Below are positions 40,300-53,183 of a stretch of DNA of 64,000 nt, piece by piece (position 1 is the stretch's first letter; each line of letters opens with the position of its first letter). A model generated the notes under the pieces. The model was not told the origin of the DNA. It ran no database searches and saw only the letters and a program-made list of their open reading frames with translations. The stretch is from positions 20,646,001 to 20,710,000 of the forward strand of contig OX597842.1 of assembly GCA_951406725.2 (NCBI GenBank). The letters are read 5' to 3'. A program made the translations under genes and the position numbers. Source of the stretch: Octopus vulgaris (taxonomy: Eukaryota).

Positions 40300-41880
40300 T
40301 TGTCAGACAGCGAAATTATGAAACAGGCCGAAGCTGGGTTATCAGCGATTGATAATTCGAAGTTACCAGGTAAATATAAAATTTGGTGCTTGCAGTTCGG
40401 CTTGTACCCGCGACTTGTGTGGCCACTTTTAATATACGAAGTAGCATTGTCACGAGTTGAAAGGATTGAACAAAAATGTAATGTGTTCATTAGAAAGTGG
40501 CTAGGCTTACCTCGTATGTTGAACAGCTCAGCTCTTTATCGTAAAAGAGGTTCGTTGCAGCTACCAATAGCATCAATAATCGAAATATATAAGCTGGAGA
40601 AGATACGGACGGTCATGATGCTGAGAGAATCGAAGGATATGGAAATCAGGCGTAACCCACCAGAGGTGAAAACAGCCAGGAAGTGGAAAGCAGAAGCAGA
40701 AATTGACTACATCTTGTCTTCTCTTATACACAGAGATATGGTGGGAGCAACGCAGAACCATCGGAAAGGACTTGGTTTTGGCGTAGATCAGTTCAGACCG
40801 TTTGCAAGCATGATGCCGAGTAAACGCAGATCTGTTGTTAGCAACAGCGCCAAAACAAGAGAAGCAGAGAGAAGAGAGCTTCATTTGACCCGATGTGTTC
40901 CTCAAGGTCAGATGACGAGATGGGAAGAACATGTTGTCGAGAGGAAGATCAGTTGGAATGAGATGTGGAAGTGGACGACATCTCGGCTGAGTTTCCCGAT
41001 TCGTTCATCTTATGATGTTTTGCCATCACCTACGAATCTAGTAAGATGGAATGTCTTAGAGAATGACATCTGCAAATGTGGAAAGGTCGGTACACTAAAA
41101 CATATTCTTTCCAACTGTTCATTAGCATTGAACAGGTACACATGGAGGCACAACTTGGTCCTTAAGGTTATCTTCAATGCTATCAAGAACCAAATTCATC
41201 TCAACAACACTGAAAAATCGTTGAAAGTTACCATCAAGAGATTTCATTACCTTCGTGCCACCAGATCAGCGGATTCGTTTCAAGAAGAAGATCAAGAAAC
41301 TTCCTGAGAAAAATGAAAAGTGGAACGGCTATTGGGAGGTAACTGCAGCTTTACCTGGGTGCCAGGTTTTCTTTCCCATCCCAGTTTCGAAAACACCAGA
41401 TATTTTGATGTGGTGTGAAAGAAAGAAAGTTGTAAATATAGTCGAGCTAACGGTTCCTCCTGAAGATAATATGGACGCCGCTCGGGCTCGAAAAATTGAA
41501 CCGTTATGCAAACCTCCTCAAAGGAATGTGAGGACGCAGGCTGGAAAGCGGAACATTTTCCTATCGAACTCGGATGTAGAGGGTTTGTTGGATACAGCGT
41601 GAGACGACTGTTGTTATCGCTAGGCCTAACTCATCGTAAAGTCAATACCACCATGACTGATATCCAATCTACAGTGGAGAAGGCTAGCCCCTGGATTTTG
41701 TTAAAAAGAGACGATGAGCGATGGCTAGAAGTATATTGAGTTCTTCATAACCAGCTGATCTAGCAAGCGGGGCCTCATATCAGTGAGGGGGGCCGGTGCG
41801 CATTGATGCCGTCGAGAGGTAGGCCCCGAAACGGCGCGCATTCTCTCCTGATGACCCCATACACTTGCTAGCTTCCGGTA
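40300..41880 (+). mobile_element. 5'-truncated Hero-clade RLE non-LTR retrotransposon (two frameshifts) with 3' UTR
   Basis: LPGKYKIWCLQFGLYPRLVWPL, RKWLGLPR, CKCGKVGTLKHILSNC, YTWRHN, TPDIL..IVELTVP.ED, PIELGCRGF. The RT catalytic core is absent. Confidence 0.88.
41760..41871 (+). ncRNA. Pseudoknotted, permuted hammerhead-like RNA motif in the Hero 3' UTR (copies at 48460-48570, 58735-58846)
   Basis: GCCGT-C (41808-13) pairs with GAA-ACGGC (41828-35). GAGAG (41814-18) pairs with CTCTC (41843-47), immediately followed by CTGATGA (41848-54). Five further helices are present. Confidence 0.7.
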
Positions 41881-44303
41881 TACGGAGATTTTAACTGGTA
41901 GCACTTGCATGTGCAAGTTGTTTGCAAGACACCAAGGAAAGGTACTCGCAAGGGTCCCTACGGCCTTGTGAAAGCAATTGTCCTCGTTATCTGTTTTATG
42001 AGATTTCTTTCCTGAAACTCCGTTTGAAATAACTTCTTCATCTGTTTTAGAAGAAAGAGCTTGATGTTTTTCAGTAAAAGTAATATATAAAATTTCAGTA
42101 AGTTTTATGCAATATCAGCCATTGGAAAATTTAATCTCCTTTCCGTTCAAGTAAAATGCCATCAGATTTATAATATTAACCTGGTCATGAAGTGATTTTT
42201 GCTAATAATCAGCAAGACATGAATTCGTCTTAAACATTGGCTCAACAGAAACGGTATTCCACCGGAATGTGTGCTTTCTTTGGTCTGTCCTTCAACGCAT
42301 TTTGTTTAGCAATACATTTTTTCTGTCACATTTATCCCTACCCAGGAGCAGAATATAATGAGCTTCATCGTGTAACCGGAGAGCAGTAGCGTTAATTGTT
42401 ACGATGCAACTGTTTAGAAAGTTTTTATTCCCCAAACGCATTATTACAGGTAATGTATCCAACATCTATAATTCTGCTAATAATCAGCAAGACATGAATT
42501 CGTTTGAAACATTTGCTCAACAAAACCAGTGTTTCGCCATAATGTGTATTTTCTTTGATATGTTCATGAATGCACTTTCTTTAGCAATACATTGTTTCTG
42601 TCACTTTTATTCCTACCCAGGAGCAGAATATAATGAGTTTCATTCCGTGGCCGGAGAGCAATACCCTTAATTGTGACGATGCGACTTTTTAGAAGGATTT
42701 CATTCCCAAAACGCATTATTACTGGTAATGTATACAACATCTATAATTCTGCATTTGCCCGTGGCCTGTCTATGATCGTGTAATCTACGCCGTTGAAAAC
42801 ACATATCTCTTAAGTATTTCATTAAAAAGCAAAGGAAAGGGACAACTTCTTCCTGAGCGGAAGCAACAGTGGGTTTTTGAGCATTTATCCCTACCCAGGA
42901 GCAGAATATAATGAGCTTCATTCCGTGGCCGGAGAGCAGTACCCTTAATTGTTACGATGCAACTTTTTAGAAGGATTTCATTCCCAAAACGCATTATTAC
43001 TGGTAATGTATACAACATCTATAATTCTGTATTTGACCGAGGCTTTTCTAAGATCTCGGAATTTTTCTGAGTGGAAGCGACGCTGGGTGTTGGAGCGGAA
43101 ATCTTTATCTTCTACGATGGCGATCAATTTTTTCCTGACAACATGTTACATGATTTTGTCAACATGAAAGGCTATAAAGACAGGTGTATAACTTTTAGCA
43201 TCTGCTCTACTAACTCCCTTATGGAAAGGACAAATTATGCCTTCCATTATGTTTTTGGGAAATCTTCCACTAGAATAGAGTCTCTGCAAGAGGATCTGTT
43301 GTACATTTACTTGCGCCACTTTGGTTTTTATGGAAGTCAATAAGTAGGATGGTTGTATACTGTCAATTTAACGTGACAGTAGGGGATTACACCACCGCTG
43401 TTTAGCCCTAGGAAGCATCGACGCTTCCTAATGGCTTCGACACATTTTTTCCTGTGTCCTTATATATTTACGAAGGGGAGACAAACACCCCCAACAGCCA
43501 GGCCTGCATCTAGAGACACGCATGTTTCAGGATCTTTGTCCATCATCGGCCTAGAGTAGCAGAAGCCCGCCAGCCGCAGACATCTGTCTCGATTTCGTAA
43601 AAATATATATATCTAATTTTCAGTGAAGTTTATTCACTGATCACCAAAATCAGAAATATTAGATTTCTAAACATTTAGAAATTTAATATTTCTGATTTCA
43701 ATAAGTAGGATTTTTGGGGAAGACCCCTACAGGGTGTTGTGGATATATAATGTGTGGTTATTTAGGTTTCAGTAGATTTCCGGTAAAACTTGAAAGTAGG
43801 AAAAACGCGGTAACTGCATGTGATTAGGGCCTCATCATATTTGATTAGTAGTGTTGAGGAGTTGTGTTTTCATATGTAGAATTTACCAAGGCCTGTGGTT
43901 GAGTTTGAGCTGAGTTATCCAATGGCTGATATTGCGTCAGTTTCCTTTATTCTGATGTTATTATTAATTGCCAATGCTTTGTCTGGCGCTGTTGTGCCGA
44001 AATACTTACAAAGGAAAGGTACTCGCAAGTGTCACTATGGCCTTTTGAAAGCAATTGTCCTCGTTATCTGTTTTATGAGATTTCTGTCCTGAAACTCCAA
44101 TTGAAATAACTTCTTCATCTGTTTTAGAAGAAAGAGCTTGATGTTTTTCAGTAAAAGTAATATATAAAATTTGCTTGGAATTTACCAGGGCTTGTGACTG
44201 AGTTTGAGCCCTACTTCCAATGGCTGATGTTCCATGACTTTCCCCTATTCCGATGTTATTAATAATTCTCAGCACTTTGTTTGGTGCTGTTTTGCCGAAA
44301 TAA

Positions 44304-45298
44304 TTGTCAGACAGCGAAATTATGAAACAGGCCGAGGCTGGGTTATCAGCGATTGATAATTCGAAGTTACTAGGTAAATATAAAATTTGGTGCTTGCAGT
44401 TCGGCTTGTACCAACGACTTGTGTGTCCACTTTTAATATACGAGGTAGCATTGTCACGAGTTGAAAGGATTGAACAAAAATGTAATGTGTTCATTAGAAA
44501 GTGGCTAGGCTTACCTCGTATGTTGAACAGCTCAGCTCTTTATCGTAAAAGAGGTTCGTTGCAGCTACCAATAGCATCAACAGTCGAAATATATAAGCTG
44601 GAGAAGATACGGACGGTCATGATGCTGAGAGAATCGAAGGATATGGAAATCAGGCGTAACCCACCAGAGGTGAAAACAGCCAGGAAGTGGAAAGCAGAAG
44701 CAGAAACTGTCGACATCTTGTCTTCTCTTATACACAGAGATATGGTGGGAGCAACGCAGAACCATCGGAAAGGACTTGGTTTTGGCGCAGATCAGTTCAG
44801 ACCGTTTGCAAGCATGATGCCGAGTAAACGCAGATCTGTTGTTAGTAACAGCGTCAAAACAAGAGAAGCAGAGAGAAGAGAGCTTCATTTGACCCGATGT
44901 GTTCCTCAAGGTCAGATGACGAGATGGGAAGAACATGTTGTCGAGAGGAAGATCAGTTGGGATGAGATGTGGAGGTGGACGACATCTCGGCTGAGTTTCC
45001 CGATTCGTTCATCTTATGATGTTTTGCCATCACCTACGAATCTAGTAAGATGGAATGTCTTAGAGAATGACATCTGCAAATGTGGAAAGGTCGGTACACT
45101 AAAACATATTCTTTCCAACTGTTCATTAGCATTGAACAGGTACACATGGAGGCACAACTTGGTCCTTAAGGTTATCTTCAATGCTATCAAGAACCAAATT
45201 CATCTCAACAACACTGAAAAACCGTTGAAAGTTACCATCAAGAGATTTCATTACCTTCTTGCCACCAGATCAGCGGATTCGTTTCAAGAAGAAGATAC
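44304..45298 (+). mobile_element. Hero fragment copy, 3'-truncated and fused to the 278-bp satellite
   Basis: Junction GAAGAAGAT|ACATTACTGGTAATG. Confidence 0.88.
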
Positions 45299-46056
45299 AT
45301 TACTGGTAATGTATACAGCATCTATAATTCTGTATTTGACCGAGGCTATTCTAAGATCTCGGAATTTTTCTGAGTGGAAGCGACGCTGGTTGTTGGAGCG
45401 GAAATCTTTATCTTCTACGAAGGCGATCAATTTTCTCCTGACAACATGTTACATGAGTTTGTCAACATGAAATGCTATAAAGACAGGTGTATAACTTTTA
45501 GCATCTGCTCTACTAACTCCTTTATGGAGAGGACAAATTATGCCTTCCATTATGTTTTTGGGAAATCTTCCATTAGCGTGGAATCTCTGCAAGAGGATCT
45601 GTTGTACATTTTCTTGCTCCACTTTGGTTTTTATGGAAGTCAATAAGTAGGATGGTTGTATACTGTCAATTTAACGTGACAGTAGGAGATTACAACACCG
45701 ATGTTTAGCCCTAGGAAGCATCGACGCTTCTTGATGGCTTCGACACATTTTATCCTGTGTCCTTATATATTTACGAAGGGGAGACAAACACCCCCAGCAG
45801 CCAGGCCTGCATCTAGAGACACGCATGTTTCAGGATCTTTGTCCATCATCGGTCTAGAGTAGCAGAAGCCCGCCAGCCGCAGACATCTGTCACGATTTCG
45901 TAAATATATATATCTAATTTTCAGTGAAGTTTATTCACTGATCACCAAAATCAGAAATATTAGATTTCTAAACATTTAGAAACTTAATATTTCTGATTTC
46001 AATAAGTAGGATTTTTGGGGAATACCTACTGGGTGTTGTGGATATATAATGTGTGG

Positions 46057-46440
46057 GGGAGGCGCAATGGTCCAGTGGTTAGGGCAGTGGACTCGCGGTC
46101 GTAGTATCGCGGTTTCGATTCCCAGATCGGGCGTTGTGAGTGTTTATTGAGCGAAAACACCTAAAAGCTCCACGAGGCTCCAGCAGGGGGATGGTGGTGA
46201 TCCCTGCTGTACTCTTTCACCACAACTTTCTCTCACTCTTACTTCCTGTTTCTGTTGTACCTGTATTTCAAAAGGGCCGGCCTTGTCACTCTTTGTGTCA
46301 CGTTGAATATCCCCGAGAACTACGTTAAGGGTACACGTGTCTGTGGAGTGCTCAGCCACTTGCACGTTAATTTCACGAGCAGGCTCTTCCGTTTATCGGA
46401 TCAACGGAACCCTCGTCGTCGCAACCGACGGAGTGCTTCC
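46057..46440 (+). mobile_element. Family C SINE with 11-bp TSD
   Basis: ATAATGTGTGG at 46046-46056 and 46441-46451. Empty sites occur in sister cassettes. Confidence 0.92.
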
Positions 46441-46999
46441 ATAATGTGTGGTTATTTAGGTTTCATTTAGATTTCCGGTAAAACTTGAAAGTATGAAAAA
46501 CGCGGTAACTGCATGTGATTAGGGCCTCATCATATTTGATTAGTTGTGTTGAGGAGTTGTGTTTTAATATGTAGAATTTACCAAGGCCTGTGGTTGAGTT
46601 TGAGCTGAGTTATCCAATGGCTGATATTGCGTCAGTTTCCTTTATTCTGATGTTATTATTAATTGCCAATGCTTTGTCTGGCGCTGTTGTGCCGAAATAC
46701 TTACCAAGGAAAGGTACTCGCAAGTGTCACTATGGCCTTTTGAAAGCAATTGTCCTCGTTATCTGTTTTATGAGATTTCTGTCCTGAAACTCCAATTGAA
46801 ATAACTTCTTCATCTGTTTTAGAAGAAAGAGCTTGATGTTTTTCAGTAAAAGTAATATATAAAATTTGCTTGGAATTTACCAGGGCCTGTGACTGAGTTT
46901 GAGCCCTACTTTCCAATGGCTGATGTTCCATGACTTTCCCCTATTCCGATGTTATTAATAATTCTCAGCACTTTGTTTGGTGCTGTTTTGCCGAAATAA

Positions 47000-48580
47000 T
47001 TGTCAGACAGCGAAATTATGAAACAGGCCGAGGCTGGGTTATCAGCGATTGATAATTCGAAGTTACCAGGTAAATATAAAATTTGGTGCTTGCAGTTCGG
47101 CTTGTACCAACGACTTGTGTGGCCACTTTTAATATACGAAGTAGCATCGTCACGACTTGAAAGGATTGAACAAAAATGTAATGTGTTCATTAGAAAGTGG
47201 CTAGGCTTACCTCGTATGTTGAACAGCTCAGCTCTTTATCGTAAAAGAGGTTCGTTGCAGCTACCAATAGCATCAATAGTCGAAATATATAAGCTGGAGA
47301 AGATACGGACGGTCATGATGCTGAGAGAATCGAAGGATATGGAAATCAGGCGTAACCCACCAGAGGTGAAAACAGCCAGGAAGTGGAAAGCAGAAGCAGA
47401 AACTGACTACATCTTGTCTTCTCTTATACACAGAGATATGGTGGGAGCAACGCAGAACCATCGGAAAGGACTTGGTTTTGGCGCAGATCAGTTCAGACCG
47501 TTTGCAAGCATGATGCCGAGTGAACGCAGATCTGTTGTTAGTAACAGCGTCAAAACAAGAGAATCAGAGAGAAGAGAGCTTCATTTGATCCGATGTGTTC
47601 CTCAAGGTCAGATGACGAGATGGGAAGAACATGTTGTTGAGAGGAAAATAAGTTGGGATGAGATGTGGAAGTGGACGACATCTCGGCTGAGTTTCCCGAT
47701 TCGTTCATCTTATGATGTTTTGCCATCACCTACGAATCTAGTAAGATGGAATGTCTTAGAGAATGACATCTGCAAATGGGGAAAGGTCGGTACACTAAAA
47801 CATATTCTTTCCAACTGTTCATTAGCATTGAACAGGTACACATGGAGGCACAACTTGGTCCTTAAGGTTATCTTCAATGCTATCAAGAACCAAATTCATC
47901 TCAACAACACTGAAAAACCGTTGAAAGTTACCATCAAGAGATTTCATTACCTTCTTGCCACCAGATCAGCGGATTCGTTTCAAGAAGAAGATCAAGAAAC
48001 TTCCTGAGAAAAATGAAAAGTGGAACGGCTATTGGGAGGTAACTGCAGCTTTACCTGGGTGCCAGGTTTTCTTTCCCATCCCAGTTTCGAAAACACCGGA
48101 TATTTTGATGTGGTGTGAAAGAAAGAAAGTTGTAAATATAGTCGAGCTAACGGTTCCTCACGAAGATAATATGGACGCCGCTCGGGCTCGAAAAATTGAA
48201 CCGTTATGCAAACCTCCTCAAAGGAATGTGAGGACGCAGGCTGGAAAGCGGAACATTTTCCTATCGAACTCGGATGTAGAGGGTTTGTTGGATACAGCGT
48301 GAGACGACTGTTGTTATCGCTAGGCCTAACTCATCGTAAAGTCAATACCACCATGACTGATATCCAATCTACAGTGGAGAAGGCTAGCCCCTGAATTTGG
48401 TTAAAAAGAGACGATGAGCGATGGCTAGAAGTATATTGAGTTCTTCATAACCAGCTGATCTAGCAAGCGGGGCCTCATATCAGTGAGGGGGCCGGTGCGC
48501 ATTGATGCCGTCGAGAGGTAGGCCCCGAAACGGCGCGCATTCTCTCCTGATGACCCCATACACTTGCTAGCTTCCGGTAT
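47000..48580 (+). mobile_element. Hero fragment copy with 3' UTR
   Basis: Near-identical to 40300-41880. Confidence 0.88.
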
Positions 48581-49586
48581 ACGGAGCTTTTAACTGGTAG
48601 CACTTGCATGTGCAAGTTGTTTGCAAGACACCAAGGAAAGGTCCTCGCAAGGGTCACTACGGCCTTGTGAAAGCAATTGTCCTCGTTATCTGTTTTATGA
48701 GATTTCTTTCCTGAAACTCCGTTTGAAATAACTTCTTCATCTGTTTTAGAAGAAAGAGCTTGATGTTTTTCAGTAAAAGTAATATATAAAATTTCAGTAA
48801 ATTTTATGCAATATCAGCCATTGGAAAATTTAATCTCCTTTCCGTTCAAGTAAAATGCCATCAGATTTATAATATTAACCTGGTCATGAAGTGATTTTTG
48901 CTAATAATCAGCAAGACATGAATTCGTCTTAAACGTTGGCTCAACAGAAACGGTATTCCACCGGAATGTGTGATTTCTTTGGTCTGTCCTTCAACGCATT
49001 TTGTTTAGCTATACATTTTTTCTGTCACATTTATCCCTACCCAGGAGCAGAATATAATGAGCTTCATCGTGTCACCGGAGAGAAGTTCTGTGAAATTTTA
49101 CGATGCAACTTTTTAGAAAATTTTTATTCCCCAAACGCATTATAACTTGTAATGTATCCAACATCTATAATTCTGCATTTGCCCGTGGCCTGTGTAAGAG
49201 CTCGGTATTCTCCTATGCAATTGCTGGTGGTTACTGTGTAAATTCTTCTGAACCTCGACTTTGGATATTTACAGTATATACAAGAAGACAATTTTTGTGT
49301 AATCTATGGAGTTGAAAACGTATCTCTTGCGTATTTCATTGAAAAGCAAAGGAAAGATTAAACTTCTTCCTGATTCGAATCGACGCTGGGTTTCAGAGCG
49401 GAAGTCTTTATCTTCAAGGAATTCTATTAGTTTTCTGCTGACAACGAGTTCTATGATTTTGTCAACATGAAAGGCTAGAGAGACAGATGTACATCGTTTA
49501 GCCTCTGCTCGACATCTTATTCGAATTCTTGCATCACGGGGAATTATATTTTTCTATTGGTGTGCCATTCCCTTTGGAGCAATATT

Positions 49587-52258
49587 CGTGTAATCTACGC
49601 CGTTGAAAACACATATCTCTTAAGTATTTCATTAAAAAGCAAAGGAAAGGGACAACTTTTCCTGAGCGGAAGCAACACTGGGTTTTTGAGCATTTATGCC
49701 TACCCTGATGCAGAATATAATGAGCTTCATTCCGTGGCCGGAGAGCAGTACCCTTAATTGTTACGATGCAACTTTTTAGAAGGATTTCATTCCCAAAACG
49801 CATTATTAATGGTAATGTATACAACATCTATAATTCTGCATTTGCCCGTGGCCTGTCTATGATCGTGTAATCTACGCCGTTGAAAACACATATCTCTTAA
49901 GTATTTCATTAAAAAGCAAAGGAAAGGGACAACTTCTTCCTGAGCGGAAGCAACAGTGGGTTTTTTAGCATTTATGCCTTCCCTGATGCAGAATATAATG
50001 AGCTTCATTCCGTGGCCGGAGAGCAGTACCCTTAATTGTTACGATGCAACTTTTTATAAGGATTTCATTCCCAAAATACATTATTACTGGTAATGTATAC
50101 AACGTCTATAATTCTGCATTTGCCCGTGGCCTGTCTATGATCGTGTAATCTACGCCGTTGAAAACACATATCTCTTAAGTATTTCATTAAAAAGCAAAGG
50201 AAAGGGACAACTTCTTCCTGAGCGGAAGCAACGGTGGGTTTTTGAGCATTTATGCCTACCCTGATGCTGAATATAATGAGCTTCATTCCGTGGCCGGAGA
50301 GCAGTACCATTAATTGTTACGATGCAACATTTTAGAAGGATTTCATTCCCAAAACGCATTATTACTGGTAATGTATACAACATCTATAATTCTGCATTTG
50401 CCCGTGGCCTGTCTATGATCGCGGAATCTACGCCGTTGAAAACACATATCTCTTAAGTATTTCATTAAAAAGCAAAGGAAAGGGACAACTTCTTCCTGAG
50501 CGGAAGCAACGGTGGGTTTTTGAGCATTTATGCCTACCCTGATGCAGAATATAATGAGCTTCATTCCGTGGCCGGAGAGCAGTACCCTTAATTGTTACGA
50601 TGCAACTTTTTAGAAGGATTTCATTCCCAAAACGCATTATTACTGGTAATGTATACAACATCTATAATTCTGCATTTGCCCGTGGCCTGTCTATGATCGT
50701 GTAATCTACGCCGTTGAAAACACATATCTCTTAAGTATTTCATTAAAAAGCAAAGGAAAGGACAACTTCTTCGTGAGCGGAGGCAACAGTGGGTTTTTGA
50801 GCATTTATGCCTACCCTGATGCAGAATATAATGAGCTTCATTACGTGGCCGGTGAGCAGTACCCATAATTGTTACGATGCAACCTTTTAGAAGTATTTCA
50901 TTCCCAAAACGCATTATTACTGGTAATGTATACAACATCTATAATTCTGCATTTGCCCGTGGCCTGTCTATGATCGTGTAATCTACGCCGTTGAAAACAC
51001 ATATCTCTTAAGTATTTCATTAAAAAGCAAAGGAAAGGGACAACTTCTTCCTGAGCGGAGGCAACAGTGGGTTTTTGAGCATTTATGCCTACCCTGACGC
51101 AGAATATAATGAGCTTCATTACGTGGCCGGTTAGCAGTACCCTTAATTGTTACGATGCAACCTTTTAGAAGTATTTCATTCCCAAAACGCATTATTACTG
51201 GTAATGTATACAACATCTATAATTCTGCATTTGCCCGTGGCCTGTCTATGATCGTGTAATCTACGCCGTTGAAAACACATATCTCTTAAGTATTTCATTA
51301 AAAAGCAAAGGAAAGGGACAACTTCTTCGTGAGCGGAGGCAACAGTGGGTTTTTGAGCATTTATGCCTACCCTGATGCAGAATATAATGAGCTTCATTAC
51401 GTGGCCGGTGAGCAGTACCCATAATTGTTACGATGCAACCTTTTAGAAGTATTTCATTCCCAAAACGCATTATTACTGGTAATGTATACAACATCTATAA
51501 TTCTGCATTTGCCCGTGGCCTGTCTATGATCGTGTAATCTACGCCGTTGAAAACACATATCTCTTAAGTATTTCATTAAAAAGCAAAGGAAAGGGACAAC
51601 TTCTTCCTGAGCGGAAGCAACGGTGGGTTTTTGAGCATTGATCCCTACCCAGGAGCAGAATATAATGAGCTTCATTCCGTGGCCGGAGAGCAGTACCCTT
51701 AATTGTTACGATGCAACTTTTTAGAAGGATTTCATTCCCAAAACGCATTATTACTGGTAACGTATACAACATCTATAATTCTGCATTTGCCCGTGGCCTG
51801 TCTAAGATCGGGTAATCTACGCCGTTGAAAACACATATCTCTTAAGTATTTCATTAAAAAGCAAAGGAATGGGACAACTCTTTCCTGAGCGGAAGCAACG
51901 GTGGGTTTTTGAGCATTTATGCCTACCCTGACGCAGAATATAATGAGCTTCATTCCGTGGCCGGAGAGCAGTACCCTTAATTGTTACGATGCAACTTTTT
52001 AGAATGATTTCATTCCCAAAACGCATTATTACTGGTAATGTATACACCATCTATAATTCTGCATTTGCCCGTGGCCTGTCTATGATCGAGTAATCTACGC
52101 CGTTGAAAACACATATCTCTTAAGTATTTCATTAAAAAGCAAAGGAAAGGGACAACTTCTTCCTGAGCGGAAGCAACAGTGGGTTTTTTAGCATTTATGC
52201 CTACCCTGACGCAGAATATAATGAGCTTCATTCCGTGGCCGGAGAGCAGTACCCTTAA
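49587..52258. repeat. 278-bp satellite, ~9.6 units (also ~42300-43030 diverged, 54460-55449 inverted, 59863-60670)
   Basis: CGTGTAATCTACGCCGTTG recurs at 49587, 49864, 50142 and onward. ORFs repeat every 278 bp. Confidence 0.97.
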
Positions 52259-53183
52259 CTTTCAACGGTTTTTCAGTGTTGTTGAGATGAATTTGGTTCT
52301 TGATAGCATTGAAGATAACCTTAAGGACCAAGTTGTGCCTCCATGTGTACCTGTTCAATGCTAATGAACAGTTGGAAAGAATATGTTTTAGTGTACCGAC
52401 CTTTCCACATTTGCAGATGTCATTCTCTAAGACATTCCATCTTACTAGATTCGTAGGTGATGGCAAAACATCATAAGATGAACGAATCGGGAAACTCAGC
52501 CGAGATGTCGTCCACCTCCACATCTCATCCCAACTGATCTTCCTCTCGACAACATGCTCTTCCCATCTCGTCATTTGACCTTGAGGAACACATCGGGTCA
52601 AATGAAGCTCTCTTCTCTCTGCTTCTCTTGTTTTGACGCTGTTACTAACAACAGATCTGCGTTTACTCGGCATCATGCTTGCAAACGGTCTGAACTGATC
52701 TGCGCCAAAACCAAGTCCTTTCCGATGGTTCTGCGTTGCTCCCACCATATCTCTGTGTATAAGAGAAGACAAGATGTCGACAGTTTCTGCTTCTGCTTTC
52801 CACTTCCTGGCTGTTTTCACCTCTGGTGGGTTACGCCTGATTTCCATATCCTTCGATTCTCTCAGCATCATGACCGTCCGTATCTTCTCCAGCTTATATA
52901 TTTCGACTGTTGATGCTATTGGTAGCTGCAACGAACCTCTTTTACGATAAAGAGCTGAGCTGTTCAACATACGAGGTAAGCCTAGCCACTTTCTAATGAA
53001 CTCATTACATTTTTGTTCAATCCTTTCAACTCGTGACAATGCTACTTCGTATATAAGTGGCCACACAAGTCGCGGGTACAAGCCGAACTGCAAGCACCAA
53101 ATGTTATATTTACCTGGTAACTTCGAATTATCAATCGCTGATAACCCAGCCTCGGCCTGTTTCATAATATCGCTGTCTGACAA
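52259..53183 (-). mobile_element. Inverted Hero fragment copy
   Basis: Minus-strand 331-aa ORF, fused at its end to satellite-encoded sequence. Confidence 0.88.

Noticed and set aside
40300-41307. Domesticated host gene from Hero (open 335-aa ORF in several copies)
   Set aside because: It has a non-ATG start at the truncation point, shared frameshifts before the nuclease and a stop in one copy. Recent duplication explains the preservation.
46057-46135. tRNA gene
   Set aside because: It is the tRNA-like head of a TSD-flanked SINE, continuous with the SINE body.
49787-52231. Tandem 73-77 aa Cys-containing ORFs resembling a small-peptide gene family
   Set aside because: They are reading frames of the 278-bp satellite, explained by frameshifted RT ancestry, and show no gene structure.
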